In this document: piece by piece, positions 28,245 to 42,211 of the stretch
Layout of the letters: each line of letters opens with the position of its first letter
Position numbering within the stretch: position 1 is the stretch's first letter
NCBI GenBank assembly: GCA_964016885.1
Contig: OZ024741.1
Span: 38,192,001-38,256,000, forward strand
Direction of reading: 5' to 3'
From: Eledone cirrhosa
Taxonomy: Eukaryota
DNA: 64,000 bases
Position numbers and translations under genes: made by a program
Notes under the pieces: generated by a model
What the model was told of the DNA's origin: nothing
The model's database searches: none
What the model saw: the letters and a program-made list of their open reading frames with translations, nothing else

Positions 28245-29405
28245 TCTCTTATCATACATACATAGATACATGTATACCCATGCAATTACAGGTGGTTATG
28301 TACCTTGATGCCCTTAGTCAGCAACGCATGAATCTTTGGAAGCTAAAAAATTAAAAGGTTAAAAAGTTAAAAGGTTAAAACATTTACAGGAAGGCGTATA
28401 ATTAGGAGAAGGGGATACTAATAAAAGGTACGTCTCATAGAGCTATAGTGAGCTGCTATTTAGAATGTTTAATTAGGTTTATAGTACTTAAATGTTTTTC
28501 GTATACGGTGATTACAATCTATAATCAGTTCTTGTCTTTTATTCAATAAATCGTCCTTAGATTTAGTAATTTCCAAGATCTTTCCGGAACATAATCTGCA
28601 TTCTCTCCTGTTCCCAAGACATGGAGTTCTTTGTAGAATGGTATCTCACGATAGCTTGAAATCTATTTTTTTTTCTTTTTATAGTTATTTACTGCTTCAG
28701 CTAAAGATGTGGTGTTAGCTAGTTTAGTATTGTTAAAGCTACTGGAGTGTGCGTAATATCTTTTCTTAAATGTGTTCGATGTAGATCCTATATACGATTT
28801 GTTGGAGTCAGTAGTAGACACAGTGCATTTATATATTACATTATTAATCAAACAGTTGCCATTTAAGGGACCAACGCTTCTATTTCTGCAATTACAACCA
28901 TACGGAAGATGGTTGTTGGGCGTATCTACATAATTCTCATTAATCCTGGAGCTATTCTTATTGTAATTAATGTTAGAGAGAGAATGAGTGCTGCTTTGTG
29001 GGTGATTTAGTGCTGGGGTTATATTGTGATTTTGTGTTATGTTGTTAGTGATTTGGGTGGTTGTGTTTTCCAGGTTGAAGAATTGTATTATTTGTCCTTT
29101 TAAAAGGTGCAGTCTTATTTAAATTATGTTGTGGTGGTGTGGTTATATTATTTTTAAATTTATAAATGTTGTAGTTGCTTATTTTCTGTTGGAGATTGTT
29201 TGATGTAGAGTATGAGAATTTAACACTATACCTGTTAAATATTTGGTGGTATCTGTGGTTTGGTGGAATGACCACACCACCACAACATAATTTAAATAAG
29301 ACTGCATCTTTTAAAAGGACAAATAATACAATTCTTCAACCTGGAAAACACAACCACCCAAATCACCAACACAAAAACAACATAACACAAAATCACAATA
29401 TAACC

Positions 29406-31063
<1,658 letters not shown>

Positions 31064-31065
31064 GT

Positions 31066-31365
31066 GGAAATCATACCTTATCTGTTAGAAATCCACTACC
31101 CAGTGAATTTCCAACCGATAAGGTATGATTTCCATGGGTACGTCTCTATTTATAAAACAAACTTTGTATTTTATCTGATGAAAGCGTACCAATGTTGTCT
31201 TGGTTGCCCTTGAAATATATATAATAAAATAAATATGGTTTTATAAATATAGTTTCTATTCATTTAATATCATTGAATATTTACTCCAGTACTTTGTTGA
31301 GTGCTCTAAATCAGTTATAAACATTTATGTTTGTCGGACTTCCAACAAATTAAATACAACTTCTA

Positions 31366-31368
<3 letters not shown>
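31066..31368 (+). mobile_element. PLE terminus (family D-like) with hammerhead at 31167-31231
   Basis: Short inverted repeat 31066-31133. tattttat-CTGATGA-..-GAAA-tatata-TA-ataaaata. Tail hairpin at 31283-31306. Confidence 0.7.
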
Positions 31369-31463
<95 letters not shown>

Positions 31464-32095
31464 TGTTTGTGTGTGTGTGTGTTTATTGGCGTACCATGAA
31501 ATATCTTCCCTGAAAACCTTACTATCGAGAAATAAATATTTGGCTCCAAATATGGGCCGGGCTTAATCTCGATGTCGGGGACAAAGTGAAAGAACTAACA
31601 GTACATCTGACTGCGATTAGTTCATCAAATAAAATAGTTGGTGGTGGCGGATGGTGAGAAAGTATTTGAGCAAAATTGATGTGACCCACCCGACTTCCAT
31701 TTAGTACGTTCATTTATACCCAGTCCTCATCTCTCTCTCTGTCTCCTCGTCACACACTACTAAAGAGTATTTAATTAGTACTGACCAAGCTTGAAACTAC
31801 CACAAACCTGTCATGTGTGATCCGCTTCAGTGAGCCTTAAAATTACGTACGGAGTGTAAATCAGTGTGTTTTTATTCTTTTCTAGATTTTTCCGCGGCTG
31901 ACTCTCTATCTAGTATTCCATACTCGGTTTTTTTCTATCTCTTTCTATCACATTCTATCACATTCTATCAGTTTCTATCCCTTCTCTACTCCCCCCCCCC
32001 CCCATCCTATTCTATTCTGTTCTATTCTACTTCACTTCACACTTTATTCCACTCACAACCCTTCCCTTTCATTCTACACCACTCTATCGCTTTCA

Positions 32096-32133
<38 letters not shown>

Positions 32134-32374
32134 AAAGGGATACATGTATATATGTACATACATACATATATACATACATATATACATATACAAACACAAA
32201 ATGCACACTTTCACACCCATACACACGCATACACACATAATGATAAAATAATATATCTTTGTATGTGTGCAGGAATGTACATATACAGTATTGGCAGGTT
32301 TAATGTTACTATGTGTGTGTGTCTATGCATATGTGAATGTGTATGTGTTTGTGCGTCTCTCTCTCTGTCACTAT

Positions 32375-32407
<33 letters not shown>

Positions 32408-32410
32408 CAT

Positions 32411-32480
<70 letters not shown>

Positions 32481-32517
32481 ATATGTATATATATATGTAT
32501 ATGTATATATATATATG

Positions 32518-32561
<44 letters not shown>

Positions 32562-32584
32562 TATATATGTATATGTATATATAC

Positions 32585-32650
<66 letters not shown>

Positions 32651-33016
32651 ATATTCATTGGTGTGTTATAGATACTATAGACATGTCTATTATTTACGTG
32701 ACTGTGACTGCGGTCTGTTGACTGTTGGTCTTGTTTGAGAGTGTCTTAAGAACAATGGCAGTGTTTCAGAGATTATCTAACGGGATATGAGTCAGCAAGC
32801 AGCCAGGTAAGATAAACAAAACAAATAAACAAACAAATAAATAAATAAGCAAATAAATAAATAAATGAATAAATAAATAAATAAACATGAATAAATAAAT
32901 GAATAAATAAATAAATAAACATGAATAAATAAATGAATAATAAATCGTTCTAATATCGGCACAAGGCCAGCAATTTGGTGGAATTGGTAACTCGATTATA
33001 ACGACTCTAATACTTA

Positions 33017-33220
33017 TGGAGACTTCTGGTGTCCTTGGCCCTAGGACCACCACTCTACTGACCACCATCGGCACAGAGTTGGCTACCCGCAGGTATGAGA
33101 CTAACAACCTGGAACAGCTCTTCCAACGCGTTTCCTTCACCATCTTCCGGGGAAAAGTTTTCTCTATTCTGTCCGCCGGGGCCCCGGGGGTCACCTGCGT
33201 GTCGGCCCTTATTCGCTCAT
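33017..33220 (+). mobile_element. CRE-clade LINE 3' end
   Basis: ETSGVLGP..LFQRVSFTIFRG..SILS. Same family as 46730-47230. Confidence 0.75.
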
Positions 33221-33223
33221 AAT

Positions 33224-33413
33224 AATTGTTTCTACTTTTGGCACAAGACCAGCAATTAACCAGTGCATTACTGGTACTTTAATTTATCGACCACGTAAGG
33301 ATGAAAGGCAAAGTTAACCTCGACGGGATTTGAACTCTGAATGGCAAGGGCCGTAACTCTTTGCGTCAAAGCATGGCGTCCGACCCTCTACCGATACTGC
33401 CAATCCATCGCCC
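33224..33413 (-). mobile_element. Nin-domain tRNA SINE with target-site duplication tcataataa
   Basis: Full-length reverse copy inserted in the CRE 3' UTR. Confidence 0.85.
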
Positions 33414-34441
33414 TTTCATAATAAAGAGAGATGGGGAGAATGGGAGAGACGGAGGCAGTGACAGTGGGAATTTAGTTCCATTGTGTTCGGACCTGGTGTA
33501 TATCTTTATATTTATTTACTGCAATGTTTAGGACCATTTCAGAAACCAAAGAGGTGACAATTATTATTCCACTGGTACTGTATTTCATCGACGGAACAAT
33601 CAAAAGCAAAGTTGATCTTGGCCAGATGTAAACCCAGAACGTAGAAAGTCGTAAAGCTCTAACAATTCTGCCAATCCACCACTCTTTAAATAAAGAGTCA
33701 CATGGCTATTAATTTCGGGTGGTAGTAATTAATTATTCAAAATTTATTTCTAAGTGAACATGATTTAAAAAAACAAAAAAACTTTCAAAATAAACGTGAC
33801 CCAACGGGTCACGGGAGGTCTCATATTTATCTAAAAGCCTTCCATGATAATTTTATAAAAACCTTTGTTTTGTTATGCTCCACACTCTATCTTAATAATA
33901 AAAAAGTTAGATACATTACTAAAATTTTCTAAATGCTTTAATATTCTCAAAATCTATTTGAAACTCTTAATCGTGGCATTCATTCGAAATTTGGTGGCTC
34001 TGTAATCAAGACTGGCTTTATTAGGTTGAAATTATATAATCGGTTTCGGCTGTGTTTTCATATTTCTCACGCCTATTTAGGCCACAGCTGGATTTGAACT
34101 CAGAACATAAACAGCCTGATGAAAAAACACAAGGACTTCATCCGATGACGTAACAAGTTTCCTTATACTTGGGACAAGTATAAAACGAAAGGCAAAGTTC
34201 ACTGCGATGGGATTTGAACTCGAAGTGCAGAGACTCAAAACAAATATCATGGGTATTTTACCTTACACACTAACGACTTTAGTAAACATATGAATTTTAA
34301 CTTATACTCCAGCCCGAGCTTTCTACGACACCAATATCGTAATCTTTGGTGAATGACAAGACCGAGGCGCTACATGCACACACACACTCTCTCTCTCTCT
34401 CTCTCTTTCTCCCCTTCTTTTTCTCTCAATCTCTCTCTCTC

Positions 34442-34492
<51 letters not shown>

Positions 34493-34767
34493 TTCTTTCT
34501 ATCTCTCTCATTCTCTCTCACACACACACACTCACACATACAAACAGGCCGACACACACACATATACTCTCTTTCTCACACACACACACACACACACAAA
34601 TATATATATATCCCGACACAACTTGTCGAAAACCATCCTTCAGGGCACAGTCGAGGGAGGGCGAAGAAAAGGCAAACAACGAGGACCAATGGCGACAGCT
34701 GACAGCAAAAGCATCTAGAGTGGCACCCCAATGACTAGTTGCACCAGTTCCGGGAACATGGTAATGT

Positions 34768-34812
<45 letters not shown>

Positions 34813-34814
<2 letters not shown>

Positions 34815-35344
34815 TTTTGAGTTTATGTTGGTTGTATACCAACACCTCAGTATGCAGGCTGGAGCACTCGACGAAGTGCGCAGGTTGGTTTGGTTACTCC
34901 GGAGTAGTGTAAAATAAAGTTAAATAAAAGTCAAATGATTAAAATTTAGCTTCGTTTATTACTGCTATATATATTTCAGTGACAGCCATCTTTGGCTGTG
35001 ACCTCTTCAGGCAGTTTGAATTAGTATGGTATAGACAAGTACATATGTTGTTTAGGTGTATGATATTGTCAATACTCTGATATGCCCAGTTCCTTGTTGG
35101 GTTGTTAATTCACTGGGGAACTGGAGTCATGTGACTCCAGTTCCCCAGTGAATTAACAACCCAACAAGGAACTGGGCATATCAGAGTATTGACAATATCA
35201 TACACCTAAACAACATATGTACTTGTCTATACCATACTAATTCAAACTGCCTGAAGAGGTCACAGCCAAAGATGGCTGTCACTGAAATATATATAGCAGT
35301 AATAAACGAAGCTAAATTTTAATCATTTGACTTTTATTTAACTT

Positions 35345-35350
<6 letters not shown>
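34813..35350. mobile_element. Young fold-back micro-Penelope insertion (family F) with two canonical hammerheads
   Basis: Apparently perfect ~220 bp arms centred at ~35130. ctgc-CTGAAGA-ggtcacagcc..ggctgtcact-GAAA-tatata-TA-gcag at 35247-35299, mirrored at 34962-35014. Tail 34813-34910. Confidence 0.88.
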
Positions 35351-35375
<25 letters not shown>

Positions 35376-35516
35376 AACGATGGCTTTTCCAAGAGGATCG
35401 AGAAAAACCCACAATTAAATAGGTTATTCAATATGTAGAGAAAAATCACATATAATTTATATAGAAATGGCTTCCACAAGACTTGATCTGTTTAACTTGT
35501 ATAAAATCATCAATTC

Positions 35517-35625
35517 CGATAACTCGTTAGAGGTTCCCTTATGGTCTTACGAATAACTCGTTAGAGGTTCCCTTATGGTCTTACGAATAACTCGTTAGAG
35601 GTTCCTTTATGGTCTTACGAATAAC
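35517..35625. repeat. Tandem repeat, ~34 bp x3
   Basis: aataactcgttagaggttcccttatggtcttacg repeated. Confidence 0.85.
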
Positions 35626-35744
35626 TTGTGATCTTAGATCAAATATGCAAATATATCGTTATTCTGAAGGAAATTATACGATGTCTGAATTGCCACTGAA
35701 GTCTTTAGTTTTCTGTTGTAACATGACTCTTATTTCTCGTATTG

Positions 35745-35992
35745 CAGATTTCTGGTGTTCTTGGCTCTAGGGGCACCTCCCTACTCACCACCACCAGCAC
35801 GGAGTTGGCTACCCACATGTGTGAGCCTCGCCAGCTGGAATGGCTCTTCCAACGCGTCTCCCTCACCATCCTCCAAGGAAAAACCTTCTCTATTCTGTCC
35901 TCCGGGATCACCGAGCGGCCAGCACGTGGGCTTCCATTTGCTTATAATAGTCAGAGATGGGGAAAGCGATAGAGACGGAGGCAGTGAGTGAC
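35745..35992 (+). mobile_element. CRE-clade LINE 3' end
   Basis: SGVLG..EWLFQRVSLTILQG..SILS plus a 3' UTR shared with 33415-33465. Confidence 0.75.
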
Positions 35993-36008
35993 AGAGAGAG
36001 AGAGAGAA

Positions 36009-36095
<87 letters not shown>

Positions 36096-36249
36096 ATCAA
36101 TGCGCACACGCACTTGATAAGACAACGATATATGTTATTTTGAGGGGGAGCTCCTGAACACGTCTCCCATATTTCTTAGCTTGACATAATACTTCTGGTA
36201 ACACTTTTCTCACTTCCCCCAATACATCCCGCCACCAATGGAAACTATT

Positions 36250-36499
36250 TCTAGCACTACCACTGCTTCCAGCATCATACCATCAACAACAACAACAAAA
36301 ACACCTGCAGCACCATCATCACCCTCACAAACAACAAAACAAAAAAACTACAATAAAACAACAAAACAACAACAAAACAACAACACCACCAACAACAAAA
36401 AACACCAGCACCACCACCACCGCTGCCGCCACCGCTGCCGCCACCACCACCAGCACCACCTGCATCGCCACCACCACCTGCATCGCCACCACCACTACC

Positions 36500-36531
<32 letters not shown>

Positions 36532-37280
36532 CACCACCACCAACAAAAAACACCAGCGCCACCGCTGCCGCCACCACCAACACCACTACTACCACCACCA
36601 CCACCACCACCAACAACAAAAACACCATCGCAGCAACAGTCGCTGCTGATGACAAGATGGCGACCTCCACCATCAATACCACCCAGCACCACCATCATCA
36701 TCACCAACGACAATACCACCACCACCACCACGGTAAACATTGGTGTGTTGGTGCGACCGCCAGGATGACCCCCCCCCCACAAACACACACCATCACCACA
36801 ACTACCATCAGCACCACCAGCACCACCAGCACCAGCACCACCACCCCCACGAACCACCACCACAGTCACCATCACCACCACCATCACCAATACCACCACC
36901 ACGACCACCACTACCGCCACCGCCACCAACACCACCACCACCAATACCACCATCACCACGACGACGACCACCACCACTACCACCACCAACACCACCACCA
37001 CCACCACAGTCATCCCACCATACCACCACCACCACCACAGTTACCACCTCCACCGCCACCACCACCACCACCACCACCACTACCACCACCACCACCATCA
37101 CTACCACCCTCACCATCACCACCACCACCATCATCACCACCAGAGTCACCACCACCACCACACCACCACCACTGTCACCACCACCACCACCACCACTGTC
37201 ACCACCACCACCACCACCACCACCACCACCACCACCACCACCACTGTCACCACCACCACCACCTCCACCAACCACAGTTG
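36250..37280. repeat. Degenerate (CAC/CAA)n trinucleotide region
   Basis: Low-complexity poly-His/Pro/Thr translations in all frames. Confidence 0.85.
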
Positions 37281-37612
37281 TTACACCTGTTACTCATGAC
37301 ATCTAATCCACCGTTGTATTCTTTTCAATGTATTATTTTCCCTATCGTACCTTAATCCTTTCTTCCGCCCTTCTTCTCTGCCAGCCACCATTGTTAGACG
37401 TTAAACTAACTCTATTAATACATACTAATCGCTATCATATAACACTATCCTTCGGCTCATTCCTTAATCTAAGCTTCATTGATTATCATTTCATTTATTT
37501 ATCTACTTTTCTCTCTTCTTTCTATCAACCTCTCCACTCTCTTCTTTTGTGTCTGGCACCCTACCCCAACCAACAAAAAAGGGGAAAAGAAAAAGATACC
37601 CAGCCCCCAAAT

Positions 37613-37786
37613 AATAATTGTTTCTATTTTTTTATCAAGGCCAGCTATTATCCCAGTGCATTACTGGTACTTTATTTTATCGACCCCATAAGGATGAAAC
37701 GCAAAGCTAGCCTCGGTGGGATTTGAACTCAGAACGTAAAGAGCCATAGCTCTATGCTGCAAAGCATGGTGTCTGACGCTCTAAAG
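37613..37786 (-). mobile_element. Nin-domain SINE interrupted by a hAT MITE
   Basis: SINE body up to ctctaaag; head remnant resumes at ~38151. Confidence 0.8.
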
Positions 37787-38142
37787 CAGGCATGTGAAAC
37801 TGAAGGTCCCCGGAGGGCCACATGGGTCACATATGTGTTGTCCGAGGGCCACATGGGTCACATATGTGTTGTCTGAGGGCCACATGGGTCACATATGTGT
37901 TGTTTGAGGGCCACATGGGTCACATATGTGTTGTCTGAGGGCCACATGGGTCACATATGTGTTGTCTGAGGGCCACATGGGTCACATATGTGTTGTCTGA
38001 GGGCCACACACGACAACTAATTGCACACATTACAACTAATTTTTAAAATGTTATATTATGAAGATAAAACATGCTCGCACAGTAAAAACCTTTGTGCGGG
38101 CCACAGGTGTGCTTGTAAAGGGCCGCATGTTTGACATGCCTG
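37787..38142. mobile_element. hAT (Charlie-like) MITE with 8-bp TSD CTCTAAAG and internal 31-bp tandem array
   Basis: TIR CAGGCATGTGAAAC / GTTTGACATGCCTG. TSD at 37779-37786 and 38143-38150. gagggccacatgggtcacatatgtgttgtct repeated ~6 times. Confidence 0.9.
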
Positions 38143-38233
38143 CTCTAAAGACTAGTGCCTTAATGAAACACACAGATTCAGATTCATCTGCTGTATCATA
38201 TTTGGTACTGTTAGAATTTATATCTTAAACATG

Positions 38234-38286
<53 letters not shown>

Positions 38287-38349
38287 TATATCTTAAACAT
38301 GTATGTATACATATATATATATATATAATTTATTTATTTATATATATAT

Positions 38350-38520
38350 GAATGAGTGAGGACCCCCACGGCTGAGCTCTTGCCATTTCAACAGCTAGTT
38401 CCGGTGTCTGGAACTAGCTGTTGAAACGGCAAGAGCTCAGCCGTGGAGGTCCTCACTCATTCATATAACCATACTCTACTACCCTAAGTATCGAGTACTC
38501 TGGTGAGTAATGGTCTAAGT
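38350..38520. mobile_element. Family A fold-back PLE; its tail resumes at 39366-39400
   Basis: Palindrome 38345-38467 followed by the GAGTACTC tail. Confidence 0.8.
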
Positions 38521-39365
38521 CAGGGGCGGGCAAATGCGGCCCGCCAAAGAGTTTTGTGCGGTCCGTGGAAGCATTCGACGAATTAACAAAAAAATAAAAA
38601 TCAACAAATTTTCATATATAATACTTAATATGTTGTATATAATACTTAATATGTTGTATATAATACTTAATATGTTGCATATAATACTTAATATGTTGTA
38701 TATAATACTTAATGTGTTGTATATAATACTTAATATGTTGTATATAATACTTAATGTGTTGTATATAATACTTAATATGTTGTATATAATACTTAATATG
38801 TTGTATATGATACTTAATGTGTTGTATATAATACTTAATGTGTTGTATATAATACTTAATATGTTGTATATAATACTTAATATGTTGTATATAATACTTA
38901 ATAATTGTTTCTACTTTAGGCACAAGGCCAGCAATTACCAGTACATTACTGGTACTTTATTTTATCGACCCGTAAGGATGAAAGGCAAAGTTAACCTCGG
39001 CGGGATTTGAACTCAGACTGTAAAGGGACGTAACTATGCTAGAAAGCATGGCGTCCAACCCTCTACCGATACTGCCAAGTTTTGTGATGTACAGACACAA
39101 ATTAATTGAAAACTTTGTTTTAAGATTTTTGTATTTAATCATTTTATTAATTCATGCATTAGAATGCTGCAGTTTAAATTTCATATTTTCTAAATTCTAA
39201 CTGAAAAAATGTTAGGTTACTGGCACACTATATCCAATACTATCTAGTACTATACAATACTGTACTGTACTATACTGTATGATATCAAATAATAAATGGC
39301 GTAACCTTATGGTGTTCATGACACAGTCAATGTGGCCCCCAATCCAAAAAGTTTGCCCACTCCTG
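38521..39365. mobile_element. hAT MITE containing a 21-bp tandem array (38615-38900) and a nested SINE (38902-39078, minus strand)
   Basis: TIR CAGGGGCGGGCAAA / TTTGCCCACTCCTG. Imperfect TSD gtctaagt/gtctaacc. tataatacttaatatgttgta repeated ~13 times. Confidence 0.85.
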
Positions 39366-39697
39366 GTCTAACCAGCTTCTAACTGAATCCATCCTGATTT
39401 ATATATATATATATCTGTGTGTGTGTGTGTGTACGTACATATGCATGTATATGCACGTATGTATGTATGCATCCGATGATGTTGACCAGTTCTCCTTTTC
39501 GGGTAGTGTTTTCGATGTCCAGAGAGTGGGATTCGTCGAGTGCAAGGCCTTTCCTCACTTTAAAAAATCTTCAAAGCACAGGCATTGGGCATTGCTTGTT
39601 CAAGTTATGTTACAGGTTCGTGTGGCCGACCGTAGCCTAAAAGTGCACAATTTTCTGTAATCTGACAAGCGATTACAATACTTTGCAATACTTTGCA

Positions 39698-40376
<679 letters not shown>

Positions 40377-41076
40377 CATATATAAATGCATGTATCTGTA
40401 TGTGTGTGTGTTTATGGCCATCTTTGTTCTATAGCTAACATTCTTGAAAAGATAACTATCGGGGTCTCGATATGATCGACTAAAATCTCTTCAATAAAGT
40501 GATCCAGCATGGCCATAGTTTAATGAATGGAATCAATGACATAGCAAAAGATGTGTTTATTTTTTTCAAAATATGATTTAAAATGTTTTTCTCTACCAGA
40601 ATTGATTTGAAGTGGACGATGTTTCGTTTAAGCTATAAACAACGGAAATGTAATGTGGATGGATGTGGCAAGACTGATAACTATTTTTGACATACAAGAC
40701 AATAAGCGAATGGAACGATGCTTCTGGACACAGGTATCAAAGATTGGTTCAATAATTTCTGAATGGCTTGTTGAAACAAAAGAATTCCGAGGAAAAATGA
40801 TTTGCTCTGCAAAGTATGTCTAGATGACCAATCATGTGGAAGAGAAATTATTTTCTAAATGAGTGATCATGAACCATGAGTTACAGATCGTTCTTCTCTA
40901 TCGACAGACTAGTAATTTATAAATCACATTTCTTCCAAGGAAATATATGAATGAAGACAAACCCAAATTAATATGTATGTAGATCCGTCGTTCCCAAAGT
41001 GGGTTCCGCAAAAGAATGTCTGAGGTTCTGTGAAAAAAGGTAGAGGAGTATATTTATATTACGACCATATAACAGT

Positions 41077-41335
41077 GCGCTGTGAAGGCGCAAGGCTTAG
41101 TGGTTAGAGCATTGGGCTTGCAATCGAAAGGTTGTGAGTTCTATTCTCGGACCGGGTGATGTGTTGGTTCCTTGAGCAAGACACTTTATTTCACGTTGCT
41201 CCAGTTTACTCAGCTGTAGAAATGAGATGATAGGACTGGAGTCCTTATCATTAAATCACCCAAGACACCTCCAACGAGATATACCTTGGAGGAGGCCACT
41301 TAAACCTGCATAGGTGTGAGCTGTAACAACAACAA
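41077..41335 (+). mobile_element. tRNA SINE with Meta/MESC-like domain and TSD catataacagt
   Basis: A-box ggcttagtggttag, B-box gagttctattc, then ccttgagcaagacacttt..tgctccagtttactcagctg. Copies at 58545-58768 (minus) and 60286-60640 (plus). Confidence 0.8.
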
Positions 41336-41853
41336 CATATAACAGTATTAGACTTTGAGGTTCCCCTAAAAGTTCCTGAAACAAAAAGGAGTTTCGCGTT
41401 TGAAAAGATTTGGATGCTATGACAATTACGTAATGTGGAGCTGCTGTTGAGGGTAATCTAGAATCTACTTGATACTATGGCTGAGGCCTAATGAGAACAG
41501 TCACCCCTTCATACCAGTAAGTGGTGCAGATCTGTTGTTGTTTTACTGGGAGAGATGCTGCATGGTTTTAAAGGACGTGTTTCATTTATACCTTATGTCT
41601 TGTGTGGTATGTGTCTGGTGACTGGGGCTGATTGTAGGATTATGAATCGTGGATAGCATTGGCTTAATGAAAGAAACCTATTATTTTAATTTTAATAATA
41701 AACAAGGCTTGTTTTTACTTCATTTATTTATTTTAGAAAACAAAAAAAAAATAAGTGCAACCCCCACCTACATATATATATTACACACACACACACACAC
41801 ATACATATATTAGTACCCGCCTCAGTATACCACGAATGTACTGAATCACCTAT

Positions 41854-41894
<41 letters not shown>

Positions 41895-42211
41895 ATAGGG
41901 AAAAGATACCACCACCATGATAGATGTAACAACTTCCCCGCTTCAAGGGGACAGCAAGGTAATTTCCATTTTCTCAACTCTCGCTTCCACAATACACAAC
42001 AAACCCACACCACACGATAAAACCAGCAATGTAGGTCACCTATAACACCACAATCCAACATGGCACATAGAAACACACACCCATACTCGCAGTACAGGAA
42101 CATCCCATTCAATCTACAACCACCAACCCGAACCACATTTTACAACAACAAGGAATATAACAAACACAGGAGACCACTTAACATCAGCAGACAACCCCTC
42201 TACCCCAACCA

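Noticed and set aside
36238-37355. Poly-His/Pro/Thr ORFs resembling formin, extensin or mucin
   Set aside because: Degenerate (CAC)n is open in most frames on both strands, with no unique coding flanks or clear splice sites.
37812-38900. 31-bp and 21-bp arrays as CRISPR-like repeats or repeat proteins
   Set aside because: Head-to-tail tandem units with no spacers, inside hAT MITEs in eukaryotic DNA.
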